Shown here: piece after piece, positions 13,955 through 27,034 of the stretch
Position numbering within the stretch: position 1 is the stretch's first letter
Layout of the letters: each line of letters opens with the position of its first letter
Assembly: GCF_036321535.1 (NCBI RefSeq)
Contig: NC_087436.1
Coordinates: forward strand, 21,578,001 to 21,642,000
Length of the DNA stretch: 64,000 nucleotides
DNA from: Camelus dromedarius
Lineage: Eukaryota
Reading direction: 5' to 3'
The notes under the pieces: generated by a model
The model's database searches: none
What the model was told of the DNA's origin: nothing
The model's input: the letters and a program-made list of their open reading frames with translations, nothing else
Made by a program: the position numbers and the translations under genes

Positions 13955-15050
13955 CAGGCTAGGATGGATGAGAAGGAAAAAGAGACCATCAGTGAAGTAG
14001 GAGAACCAAGAGGAAGTAGCATCCTGGAAGCCTTATGAGGAAAATGGGGAGCGATCAATTGTGTTAAAAGCTGATGATAAAATAAAGATTAGGGATTTGC
14101 CATTGCATATAACAATGTTGTGGCAATTGGTGACTTGATATAAGCGGTTTCTATTAAGTGGTAAAAGCAAAAACCTATGTGAACTGGATTAAAGAGAGGT
14201 TGAAATTCAGGACAGAAAATTAAGTTTCTGAACAGTCTGGAATAGAGAATATGCAATAACTAAAGAAGAACTTGGAAACAACTTTTTAAAGATATTATAA
14301 TATGTTTGTATGATAATGGTTTTGATCTAAGAGAGAGGAAAAATGATAATGGAAAAGAGGGAGGGAGAATAAATGTTGGAGTGATGTCTTTGAGTGGGTA
14401 AGAGGAGATTGGCCCCAGAGACCAGAGGAGGGGTTAGACTTGGAGAAGAGCATGGGCTGTTCATTTCTAGCATCAAGAAAAAGGTAGATGTAAGAGCAGT
14501 ATGGCAATAAGAGCTTGAGAAATTTCTCTTAGGATATCATCTGACTTTTCAGAGAAATAGGAAACGAGATTATCAACCTAGAGGGCATAGTGTTGGAGAT
14601 TTGAGGACAGGAAAGGCATGGAATAATTATCCAAGTGAATAGAAGAGTGAATGGACTAGAAAGGCAGATTGATTGCTAGGCATCCTCTTGAGGTTGAGGA
14701 TTATGAAACAGAAGAGAGAAGGGTGAGCATGGTTGTATATTTCTCTTCAGCTCCATTCAGTTATCCAGGTGCAAGGGTAAAGAGCGTGGGGAGCTGGGCT
14801 TAAATAAGCACCAGGATTTAGCCAGGTGAGTATAATGGAAAGAGAGAGGAGGGTGGGTAGTTGGGAATGGGAAAGAGTGATTATAATTATGAATGGTGTT
14901 ATTTAAATTGTGTAGGCAGGGAGGTGAGAACCTAATGGAGATGAGGGACAATTAATGGTTTCGGGAGATCAATGCATTGTAGGCAAAGGATTGATGGAAA
15001 ATTTATTTGAGGGCAGGAGAATAAGTGGGGGGTTTTGGTTGAAGTGTTTA
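13955..15050 (-). mobile_element. L2 fragment (ORF region, continuation)
   Basis: Purine-rich antisense L2-like sequence (gaaccaagag...cctggaagcc, attggtgacttg). Confidence 0.55.
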
Positions 15051-16299
15051 TGGAAGAAAATCAGATCTAAGTGCAGATCTGTTTCATCTAATCCACTTTG
15101 AATTCTGTTTCTTGATCTTTTTTACATACATAACCCAGTCTGCGTACTCAATTGTTCGAACTCTTTTTATCACCTTCTCTGTTCTGTAAACTCTCCTGCG
15201 CACAGAGAGCAAGAAGCGTCTTTCTGAAGAGTCATTTTGATCTTGCTGCTCAAATCCTTAGAAGTCTATAATCATTCCAGTCCATTCTAAAATAAAAATT
15301 TGATGTTCTTACAAATAATATCCCCATAACTTCTTACTGTGGCCCTTTCTACTCCATTATTTTTATTTTTTTCATTTTGCATTTATAAACACAGTGTATT
15401 TCCCAGGAGTTCTTTCAATAAGAAAGGAATAGTTTTCTCCCTTTATCTCCTACTGATTTGTCTTATGAAAAAAGAAGCAGTTTAGGTCTAAAGTTTCTCT
15501 TTTGCTGATCTATGGCTCTTTGTAGTATCTTTTCACCACCTCTCCAGAGTAATTGCACCACAATCCCAGACCTTGATCTCTAAATTTTGCTTTATTTCCT
15601 CCTGTGATATCTAATAGGCTCAAAGCATAGAGAGTTAGGTTTTTTATTTTATTTTATTTTACTTTTTTAATCCAAATGTGTGGTTAAGATTCAAAAACAC
15701 AGTCTTCAAACACAGAATGGGCCTTTGTCTTTCTGGTCCCTCTGGCAATCCATGCCCATTCTTTTTGATGTGTTATCAAGGAATTCCAGATGGAATCCTA
15801 ACACTTTTTTTCTTTCTTTTTTTTTGTTTTTTGGCTTTCATCACGGTACCTTGCTCTAGGCTCAGTGTTCTAACTGGGTGTCTTTCCTTTTAAAGAGACA
15901 AGTATTAGGGCCCAAGGCTATTATTTTTTTCTCTACTGATTGGTTATTCTGAGTGATTAGTTATTCTCATTTGACTGACCTCTTCCATAGAACCTTGGGA
16001 CTAGTGGCACTTGGGTAATTTTTTATGTAATAGATCTTAAAATGCTTTTTTTCTTGCATCCATTTCTCATCATATTTTTAGGGCTTTCAGGTAAACCATT
16101 TCTCTGCTTACAATGACAATTTAAGAACTGATGTGGGCTTTTTTTTTTTTTTTGATGTTTTTGGAGAGAGCTTCAGGCTCAATAAAGCTAAGTTCTGGTG
16201 AAAAATGGTACTTTTGATTTTTGGATGATCCTTATGAGGTCTAAAAGAAGAAGTATCTATTAGTCACAGGGCTTAGCTTCCTTATTTCTTTTTGGTGGG

Positions 16300-16725
16300 T
16301 ATTATTAGCTGTCTAGGGCTACCACGAAACTAGGTGGCTTAAGACAACAAGAATTTATTCCCCCAAAGTTCTGGAGGCCAGAAGTTCAAAATCAAGATGG
16401 TGGCAGGTCCCTGCTTCCCCTGAAGCCTAGAGGGGAGGATTCCTTCTTGTCTCTTCCAGCTTCTGAGAGCCCCACACATTCCTTGGTTTGAGGCAGCATA
16501 ACTCCAAATTCTGCTCTGTCTTCACATGTCTTCCTTGTCTGTATGTGTCTATGTCCAACTTCTCTTTTATAAGGATATAGCTCATATTGGATTAGGGCCC
16601 ACCCTTGACCAGTATGACCTAACTTAACTAAATACATCTGCAAAGACTCTATTTTCCAAACAAAGTCACATTTTGAGGTTCTGGGTGGACATGAAGGTTT
16701 TTTTGGACATTTTTCAACTCAGTAC
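16300..16725 (-). mobile_element. MaLR solo LTR (MLT1B/C-like)
   Basis: ggtggcttaagacaaca, gttctggaggccagaagt, ttggattagggcccaccct, acatctgcaaagac. Confidence 0.85.
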
Positions 16726-17774
16726 AGTGGATGAAGAAAGGAGAGCAATAAAAATTGCATTATTATCATTCTGTAGGAGGGAGATGTTTTGGAATGGTGC
16801 TGTGGAATTTGGTTTCCCTTCCACCAATATATACCATTTATTCCTTTTATATGTAGAGTTGACATTAAAGAATGGAAATGATGGAGAGTGACTCGTTTCA
16901 GTGATTCATGATGCTTTTCTCTGGGAATTTTCACCAAACGTTAGAAAAATGAATGCTTTGAGGAGAAAAGTGGATTTGACAAAATATTATTAAAGTGGAA
17001 ACATTAATAAATAATGTCTTTTACTAGATAAATGCTCTTTACCTGTGAAAGAAAAAATAAACTGTGAATCCTTAATTTTATCCATTTCACTACCCCTCAG
17101 TAGATGGCTTAACCTATTATTCTACTAAAAAGCCAGCTTCAGTGAGCCCTTTCACCTATGTGGAGTTGCCTTCAATGTCTTCATTTCTTCACCACCACCT
17201 GCCTCTTTTCTCTCACTTCCCTCCATGAAGAAAGTGCATCTCTCTTCCTGGCAGAGGCTGATCTTCGCACCTATGCTCCATCTAACCTCTTTTTCTTCCT
17301 CTGAGATTTCATTCCTTCAATTTTTCTTTCTCCTTCGTAAATGTGATCTTTCTCTCTACCGGCTGGTTCCCACATGTTGATAAACACGTTTAGGTCTCCA
17401 TCTCCTGCCAAGCTTCATTTTTTTGACTCTGCCACTAAAATCAATACTGTTTTTCTCAGAGCTCAATTCCTTTTGCCCTCTAAGCAACATTTGATATGTT
17501 AACCATCCTCTCTTTGAATTTGCTTTTTCCACGTCTCTCATTTTTTTGTACCTCACTGCTGTTTCCTCCTCTATCTCCTTCACTAGCTCCTATCTTCTGT
17601 ATAGTGTCTTAAAATGGAGGTATTTCCCAAGACTCTCTTTAAAACTTTCTCTTTTTGGATGATTTCCTCAACTCTCACATCTTCCATATATATGGAACAC
17701 ACACACAAAGAGAAGCCTTTCGAACTTACACCTCTTACTCCCAATTTTTCATAATGTCAAGAGAAAAAACAGCA

Positions 17775-17946
17775 ATAAGAATATTAATTACTGTTTAGTG
17801 AGTGCCTATTGTGTGCTACCTACAGTGTTATGGTACCAGGTGCTTTTTCTTTCCTTTAAAAAAAATTATCTTATTTAATTCTCAAAAAGTCTATGAGTTG
17901 GATGTTATTATTCCTATTTTTCAGAGAAGAAAAAAGGTTTAGCGAC

Positions 17947-17981
<35 letters not shown>

Positions 17982-18050
17982 AAATCCATGTAAGTCATGG
18001 TGCAGAGAAAGCAAAGGTCTACACAACATCTCAATAAGCCCAGTGCACCT
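17775..18050 (-). mobile_element. MIR SINE
   Basis: gagtgcctattgtgtgc...atttaattctca...tattattcctatttttcagagaagaaa. Confidence 0.65.
17949..17980. repeat. (TG)n microsatellite
   Basis: About 16 perfect TG units. Confidence 0.97.
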
Positions 18051-19363
18051 CCTTACCTCCAATTTTTTTTTTAATGTGTGAATAACAGCACCTAACTTCT
18101 TATTTTGTTAATTTCAGGGCTCAGGTTCTAAACCTTAGGATTATTTCCCCACTTCCTTTCTCATAGGACTCTTTACACAGTCACATAATTACTTGCCAAG
18201 TTCTTCATAATGTCTTGAGTTCAGCCCCTCTTTTCTAGGTTCAGGGTTGCCACTCTAATTCAGACCGCTCATCTCTTGCCTTGTCTACTACTAAAAAAAG
18301 AAAAAAATTTCACTGCTCCCCTTGGCATTCTGAGTTGTCCACGCCTACATGGTGACTGCCCTTCCTGAAGCCTAGCGAGAGAGTTCTCATTCATTTTCTC
18401 ATAGTTCTATGAAATTTCCATTGCTTGCTGAATTAGGTACAGACTCCTGACACTAGAAGAGATATATAAAAGATTAGTTTATTTTGATGATAAACTAAGA
18501 AAGTACACATAAAGCACTTAGCACAATGTTTGCATATGGAAAGAACTTACTATGTATTTTATAATTATAGTAATTCAGTGCTCTTCAAAATGCGGTTCTA
18601 AACTTACTCTTTCAACATACATATTCCAAGGCCCCTCAGCCTTACCCTCTGTTCCAGCAGGACACATGAACGCGCATCCACTTTTCTGCTGTAGTGCTTT
18701 TGTTCACACTGTTTCTTTCCTCTCACTCTTTACCTCTGCTTTTGAAATCCTTTCAACTATAGGTCCTTCTCAAAGGTTGTCTTCATGAGACTTTTCCTGA
18801 TTCAAGATTTCCTGGTCCAAATTAATAGGGTATTTCCTCCTATAACCCCATGGCACCTTGTTTATAACTCTCAGATGACAAGAAAAATAGGCTATGTGGT
18901 AATGTAATTGTCTGGGTACTTGGCTCATCTTTTCTGGATTATAAAGTCCCTGAGGGCAGAACTTGCATCTAATTAATTCTGCATCCTCATAGAGCCTAAT
19001 GTAGTAATTTGTACAATACTTGCACTCAATATAGGTTTGAATTTATATTATCTCTCTCTCAATTTATTAGGATAATATTAAGCTGCTGCAACAAAAAAGA
19101 CTCAAAATTGCTCTGGTTCGAGTGAGATAGCAGTTAATTGCCTTGAGGGAGGCATGGGGTCCAGGAGAGGTAGGGCACCCTGCTCTCTCTACAAGCTGAC
19201 CTAGCGACCCAGTTACTTTGCCACTCTCCCCCATGAAATCACTTGTTTTATTTTGTTTTTTCTCTCAGTATCTTCTTATAATAAGACCACTTGGAATAAA
19301 TCATTCTGAATAACAGTATTTTGGATAACTAAGTATGTATGTATTAAGGCACTAAAATGTCTT

Positions 19364-19513
19364 TTTTTTAAATTTTTACTTTTTTTGGGGGGGAAGGCAA
19401 TTAGGTTTATTTGTTTGTTTGTTTGTTTATAATGGAGGTACTGGGGATTGAACCCAAGACTTCATGCATGCTAAGCATGTGCTTTACCACTGAGCTATAT
19501 CTTCCCTCACCCT
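19364..19513 (-). mobile_element. Camelid tRNA-derived SINE (Vic-1 type)
   Basis: Minus strand has A box tagctcagtgg and B box ggttcaatcc, then an (AAAC)n/A-rich tail; TSD ctaaaatgtctt (19352-19363) / ctaaaatttctt (19514-19525). Confidence 0.92.
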
Positions 19514-19929
19514 CTAAAATTTCTTATTTGGCTGTTTTGAACAGAAAGCTTTCAAAATGTATTGCATCGTCATTGAAATTATTGAGTCTATTTTAATCAT
19601 TTCTTAAATGCACAAAGTTATTTTTATAAATGTCACCTATGTTACTGAGCTGAAATAGAGAGATCTCCTTGGACCTGATGGTTCAGGTTTGCTGCTCTGT
19701 TATGATGTAGTAGAGCGATGCTTTTGGACACTCACCAGGCTTTTACTCATACACAATGTCCCCATTTCTTACGTCTGTTTTTTAGCAATACCCCCATGCT
19801 TTCCCCTGGCTATTAGACTTTTAGCTGATAATGCTTTTGGGTGTCAGTGCAAATACCTGCAGAAGCCCATGTCCCTCTTCTTGTCCCTGTTTATAATATT
19901 CTGTGGGTTTAGAAATTAAACAAAAACTA

Positions 19930-20150
19930 ATGCCTGGCACACTTCTAGGTGTTTTTACCTATTTTAACTCATTTCATCCTATAACAACTCTATAAAAGCT
20001 ATTAATGTTTTCCTCATCTTCTGGGTGATCCAACAGAGCACTGAGTTTAAGTAACTTGCCCGAGGTCTCAGAATTAGTGAACAGCGGAGTCAGGATTCAA
20101 CTCAGATAGTCTAACTCCAGCGTCTGTACTCTTAATACTGTACTGCCTTT
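19930..20150 (-). mobile_element. MIR SINE
   Basis: aactcatttcatcctataacaac...taagtaacttgcccgaggtc...caggattcaactcag. Confidence 0.8.
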
Positions 20151-22484
20151 AGGCTTCTCCAAATTCTACTTGAACTAAGAATGAGTGGATTCTGAAAGAC
20201 AGTGAGAGGCACGCCTATAATAATCTCATTTTAGGTCATCAGGACATTCTCTCCTTGGTCGATTCCACGCAGATTGAACTGAGAGCTAGACCAGGTGCAC
20301 AAAGGTGAGGTAACACGGCTGCTGCAGGTTGGGCCGTCATGTCCGAGAGCAGTTGAGGGAGCTTACTCCACACTTACACAGCCAGGATTCAGAGGTGAAA
20401 TCAGGTGTTCTTCTCCGCTGCATGTGACATCACTGTGCTTGGAAACCCATTCATTCTCTTTTTCAAGGTGGCCAAACAGTTCGATGGCTCTTGGTCTGGG
20501 ATACATGTGAGACTGCTATTTCACGTATTGACCATGTGCATCACCAGGATGTCAGAGGGAAAGTCTCAAAGGAGGAAAGAAAAAGTCTAGAGAATGTCAC
20601 CAGTGTTTTTCTTTGGTGCTTTAATATAAAAGTTAGTTTACAAACATGATTGAGTGAAAGAAAAAAAGAAAAATCATCTCTTGGTCGAAGAAAAAGGTGG
20701 TTATGTTATGTGGAAATTTAGTACTTTGAAAGGAAATATGCATTTGAAAAATGCAATGTAAAGTATCTGGATATTGTTTTCAATGTAAAGTATAAGCAGC
20801 AGAGAGCATCTTAGAGTAAGGAGATACTAGCTTGGGAACAATGCTAATAACCAAGAGAATTAGTGAAGTGAAAACATGCTCTATAAATACTGATGGTAGT
20901 GTAGGCATTATATAAGATTATTGTAGCCTCCACAAGATTGATATTTTCAAATGACTTGGAGGCTTTGCTAGTTTATTTTGATGGCTAACAGTTTTCAGAG
21001 TGTTCCTTGGGTGTTTACGCATTTTTCTGCTTTGAAAACAACCCAGAGCATTTTCTTTTCTTAGCAGATGTGACTAACACTGATTGAAAAGTAAGAAGTC
21101 TCCTCTCTTAGCTGTGGCCGTGAATGGTTTTATTACAAGTCAGCAGCATGTTTCGGAGGCCTGCAATCTGGTTTATTATAAAACAAGTATGATAGTAGAA
21201 TTTTCTATGAAATCACATACTTCTACCATTTTGCACTCCTGCACCTTATTAGCCTGTCAAAATGAATAGTTACAGTCATTTTTTATATAACAACACATAT
21301 AATTACAAGTTATAAAACTTGGAATGCAGCATATAAAGGAAATAAACTAGCCTATATAGCATCAAAATGAGTATGAAGGGTGTAGTGGTCCAGTATTAAG
21401 AAATTTTGTATATCTAGCATCTGATATTGGCAGACATAAATATTTCTCCTTCAAACCAGTAGACATTCCCATTTCCTTCTTCGACTCCCCATCTCACTCA
21501 GCTTTGAGAACACAAGGGTACATCAATGAACACAGAACGCATTGAAAAGTTAAAAAAAAAAGGAGCAGATTGAAGTTGTTGGCCTACTGCCAAAGCATCC
21601 CTCAGCTTATACAGCGTTCCTTCAGTTCAAGCAATTTGGGCCAGTGCTTCTTGTCAAGGCTGTGCGACCTAAACCCCGTTAGGATTGATTACACCACTAC
21701 TCTAAATGGGTGTAGGAAGAAGTAGAGGCCCGAGGTCAAAGCTGAATTTCTTGAGTTCCTATTAGAATCTTAAGCTGGTTTATTTAGCCTTGGCTCCGAA
21801 TTTGAATAGTGCAATGTCATTTGCGATCTTGGGCATTTGGTTTTGCGACTTTGGTTTGATCTTTTAGATAGAATCAGTTTCCGTGGGATCGGATCACCCG
21901 GATTCCCTGGCAGAGGCTGAGGTCTTGCTCCGGAGGCCACATTCCTTTACGGCAGGTCTGAGTACTTTCACTGTAACCGGTGACTCTGAATGTAAACCCA
22001 GATTCACATCTTGCCCTGTCCTCTGGCTTTTGTGTCCATGAGTTTTGTCTCATGTTTTCACCCTCATGCAAACCTAGATTCTAGATACTGTCATTTCACT
22101 GCGTTGCAAGAATGAAAATATCCACTCATACCAAGATTTTCATGAATTTCCTACAACTGATAGAAGGTTTGAAGGTCTCAGGGTGAGGGCACCAACCTGG
22201 TTCTCTTTGCCTCGTTTCCTCTGTGTGCCTCACTCTGTTTTATCTTGGAATTCTTCAGACTCTGTCTTTTTATTATGGAGAGTATGCCTCATCCCCTCCA
22301 AGCTTTCAATGATTGATAAGTGGGGCCTGAGGGCTTAACTTTTACTCTAAAGGCCTCTCCTTATGTCTTTCCAACAGAAAGAGCTCTCTGCTGCAGAATT
22401 ACAGCCTCAGCTGCCAGCTGTTATAAACTTTAACTATCCTATTATGAGTAATAGCTCAGTAATTTTATTAATTGCTTTTCTCCT

Positions 22485-22590
22485 TACATCTCTCTTTTCC
22501 CCTTTCTTCTTCCTTCCCATTTCCTTTCATTATTCCTTTCTTCTCTTCCTCTCTCCTTTCCTTTCTTCCTTCCTTTTTTCCTTCCTACCT
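22485..22590. repeat. CT-rich low-complexity tract
   Basis: About 100 nt of almost pure pyrimidine, adjacent to an L2 3' end. Confidence 0.8.
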
Positions 22591-23320
22591 TATATGCCTG
22601 ATGTGTACTAGATACTCTTCTGGTCACTGAGATAAGGAGAATGAATAAGGCAGATGGTTACTTTCCAGAAGCATCAGTATAGGAAGGGGAGACCAACTTC
22701 CTCCCCCACCAAAAAACCCCGCCACATAGGAGTTGAGAGGCAGGTAGAGGAGCAAAAAGTCACTTCATGATTGCTAATTTGGAGGACTGCTCTGATAGAA
22801 ATGCCACGAATAGAAAATACTAGAAAAGGCGGCTTTAGGCAGAAATGATAAGTAAGTTGGGCATGAAGTTTTATGCACCTGCAAGACACCTGAGAAGAGG
22901 AAAATTCAGTGTGGAGTTTAGGAAAGAGATTAAAGTTGGGATATAATTTTAAGAGTCACCAGCATGTGTGGTTGAGATTACATAGGAAGGAAAAAGAGAA
23001 TAAAAAGAAAAAGGGGCCAAAAAAGGATGTCATTTTAAATAACATCCTCATTTGACAGCAGTCAGAAGCAGAGCCACAAAAAGTAAAAGCAAAAGAACAC
23101 AGCAAAAGTAAAAACTTAGGTGGCGACTAACCCAGTTCATTTCCAAACTCTTGCCTTCTTTTCATGACCTTGAAACCTTGGAGACCATGGATACAAAACT
23201 GACCACCAAGGGAGGATAAGAATGGAGAGTTGTACTTTAGGAAGGAGAGGAAGATCTTCATAAGGGAGGAAGTAACTGACAACGTACAATGTCTTAGAAA
23301 CAGGAAGTTCACTGAAAACG
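22590..23320 (-). mobile_element. Decayed L2 fragments
   Basis: tgcctgatgtgtactagatac...gaatgaataaggcagatgg and purine-rich continuation. Confidence 0.45.
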
Positions 23321-24569
23321 GGCCCTTGAGTGAGTCTTCTATCTTCTTTAACCTATTGCTGTTGATTGTTTCATCTTGTTCTGTTTCAGTGAAGCTGGAG
23401 GGCAGATGGTCACCATCTGGAATTCTCACTTTTCTGGTTTACTGTTTTTTTCACTGCTTTCCATTAAGTTCCATTATTTTAGGTACTATTTTGCGAGCCT
23501 TCTCAGAAATGCATTCTGGTTGTTTTTATTTCTCTAAAGTCCCTATTGAATCTTTATCTTGACAGAGTCTTACTAGTGAAATTGAGTTAATGCTTCATTT
23601 GATCTCATTATGCTTTTACTAATTCACTCCTAGATAGCACTTGTTTATTTAGAAGCCTGCTGAACTTCTGGATCATACTCAACCTGTGTTGCCTGGTAAT
23701 CTCTGGATTTCTTTTGTTTACATTTCTACATAGACAAAAGTTAGTAGATCTTAGTCTGTTATAATAGAAACTTATTTCAAAGGATATGATTATAGGAAGC
23801 CCGAATGTTTCACTTTGTTTTGTTCTTTTGGCTAATGTGGAGAGAGACAGTCTGAGTAAACATAATGGAAAAGACAAGACAAAGGTAATTATTAAGAAGG
23901 TTTTTCAGTTAACAGAATTCACACTGAAGATTCCTATAAGCATGGACAATGGTCAGTAGGGTTTCTGTAAATTGACAGTAATGAACTGCCTTCCCAGTCC
24001 TTCCTACAAGAAGTTGAACACATTAGATGCTTAAAGACAACAGAAAGTTGTCTTTTTTTAAGTCATAGGTTTCTTTGGATTTGACATCTCACAAAAAGTG
24101 ATTTTATTCTGTTATTTTCTATAAAATATGTGATTAGTTTTATGATTATTTTATGTTATTAATTTTATAGGGATCCTTGCAATAAATTTCAGTGCATTTT
24201 TTACAAGGAGAACAAAAAGATAAAATTGCAGTGGTGCTGAAATAATTCTTCTTATACCTAAACATTTATTATACAAGTTTATGTAAAACTTTGTGATCAC
24301 AAGGCCAGTGAGTCTAAAGACCTATTTATATTTCATCTTTTGAGGGGAAAGCTGGGTGCCATGGGTCCAATGACCAAGTCTCTAATTCAACTCTTAAGTC
24401 ACCAGGGATGGGAAAAAACTGCTAGATGTCCTGGTCACAGCCTTTAGGCCCTCGAAGTCTTTCTTCAGGCTCATCCATCTCAAAAAGGTGCACTAATCAC
24501 AAGGTCATTAATCCAGAGTGGTTTCTCTTATTAGGCAGGGTGGGGGTTGAGATGTTGAGTTTTAAGCCA

Positions 24570-25510
24570 TTTTATTATGATACTTTTTAAATAATCAGCA
24601 AAGTTGAGAGAATTTTACAGTGAAAAACAACACTATATATAGAACTACAACCCAGATTCTCTCACTTCTATTATCCTATAGATGCTTTATCATATATTTA
24701 TATATCACTTTATCCATCCTTTAATCCATTTTAGCTTTTTGATGCATTTCAGAGTAAATTGTGGCTATCAGTATACTTCTCCCTGAATATTTCAGCATTC
24801 ATATTATGAACTAGAATTAGATATCTATTTTTACATAAAACTTATATATAACAAAATACACAAACATTGCCAGCACATTCACTGAGTTTTGACCAATGAA
24901 TATGCTTGTTAAAACCAAACCCCTATCAAGACATAGAATATCACCACCACCCAAGAAAATTCCAGTCAAACCCTACCTCTATCCCCAGAGGAAAATACCC
25001 TTCTGATTTTTTCCAACATAGACATTCTCTTCTAGAATGTCATATAAATGGAATAATATGTACTCTTTTGTGTCTGGCTTTTTTCACATAGCATGATGCT
25101 TTTGAGATCCACTTATGTTGTTGCATATATTGGTGGTTTATTCCTTTTTATTGCCATGTGGTATTCCCTTATATACAGATAAACTGATTGTTTATTCATT
25201 CTCTTTTTGATGGACCCTGGACTTTTCTAGTTTTGGGTCACTATGATTAATACCATGAATATTATTGTACAAGTGTTTCGTATAAACATACGTTTTCATT
25301 TCTCTTAGGTAAATATCTCAAAGTGGGATTGCTAAGAAATGGGGTAGGAGGAGTTTGTTTAGTTCTGTAAGAAACTGCCAAACCTTTTTTCAAAATGTTT
25401 ATATCATTTTACATTCCTGTTAAAAATATATAAGATTTCCAATTGCTCCATATCCTTGTCAACTTTTAGTGTTGTCAGTCCTTTTAATTTTAGCCATTGT
25501 GGTGTGAATG
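24570..25510 (-). mobile_element. Old L1M (L1MB-MD-like) 3' region, antisense
   Basis: catataaatggaat...tgtgtctggctt...gcatgatgcttttgagatcc...aagtgggattgct...aagaaactgccaaac. Confidence 0.85.
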
Positions 25511-27034
25511 AGAACTACAGAACTTAGGAGCAAATAATTCTCCTTTCACTGCCCCTGCCCCCTTTTAATTAAAAAATTAATTTATGTATTTATTTGCCTC
25601 AGGAACCTCTTGCAGTGTTTATTGTCTGATTATTAAGACCATCGAGTTTAGAGAGTTTCACCAACTTAAATCTCTGATCCAGAAGGACTCTACCTTATGG
25701 GCTTCTTGACCTTACATCTTTTTCTTTGGCTCACTACCAGATTATATAGGGACTAATCCAGTCTGCTTTCAAACTCTTGCCTCCTTTTTATGACCTTGAC
25801 ACCATGGACACCACAACACCAGCTAGCTGATCTAGACATAAAGCAGGGAAAGGGTGTGGAAGAATTGCTACCCTTTCTATGAGTGTTTTATGCAAGACAA
25901 AACATTTCTGCATTGATTTTTATATGGTTGAGAGAAAATACAGAGAATACAGCTGGGACACTTCCATCTGCATGGTTTGCTCTGTTTCTGTATGCTCCCT
26001 TGAAAGAATATGAAGAACTCCTTTTAAAAACACTCCTCTCGTTGGTTTCCCAAAAGGCCGGAGGAGCATGAGTGCATGTGTTGAGGTGTGATGAATAGGA
26101 CACTGAACAGATCTTGTTTCACTTTCTCACTGCCAGCTTTTTTTTTTCTCCCTCCACCTCTCCCAGGTATGGGGAATAGGCAGTTGGCCCATAAGCCACA
26201 GGAAGTTTGACTGGGCTCATCAAACAGAATTTCCTCAAGAAGTCTTGATTGTTGAGGAATGCTGTCACATGTGAACTTTAAGAAATCTGTCATTAGCCCC
26301 ATGCAGTGCTCTGAGTCCTTGGCTACATATATTGTCTCTTGAGTTACCTACTGTTTTAGCCTGCACTCTGAGATTTTGTTTAACCTGTAGTTATTTATTC
26401 TTAGTTACTATCTGTATTAGTAGTGGTATTTTACTGTTGCATTAGCCACTGGTTTTAGTGTCATAGGATCTTCTTATTTTTTCTTTGTTGGGTCTTTTCC
26501 CTTGCCTGTTCTCTTGTTTTGCCTTAAATTTGGATCAGAATGCTCATGGAACAAAGAAGATTCAAGTTCTGCAACCCTCTTTATATTTTGCAGCTGACTT
26601 TCTCTACTGCTGGTCTCATACTATCATTCCCTTCCACTCATTTCAGTTATTGAGGAAATTTTAATAAGTTTCCATTGCCCTCACAAACATAAGTCACCTT
26701 GATATTTATCTTAAAGGAATCCTGGACAATAGTATCAGTAATTACTACCTTTTACAGATACACAGAGAAATGACGTTCTCAGACTTGGTTAAGGTATAAA
26801 AATCAGAACCTAAGGCCAGAGTCTCCAGGAATCATTAATGGCTGTCATTGTCCCTTAGAAAGAATAGAGGTATAGATACAAAGTATTGGGGATAGAAAAG
26901 ACAGAAGATGATTTTCTATGATACTATTAATAGCTGAAGTCCTGGATATTGCTAGTTAAAAATGAAATATATCAAAGAAAAGCAGGGTAACCAATACCTA
27001 CCTTTTTTGTAATAATACCTACAATCTTTGTCAT

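Larger units (their letters stand above)
17150..19040 (+). mobile_element. Fragmented L2 (sense) interrupted by a MIR
   Basis: Pyrimidine-rich L2-like body ending in the typical 3' end ccctgagggcag...actcaatata...tttgaat. Confidence 0.5.

Noticed and set aside
19364..19513. tRNA-like A/B boxes as a tRNA gene
   Set aside because: A-rich tail, TSD and a second copy at 46.0 kb show it is a SINE.
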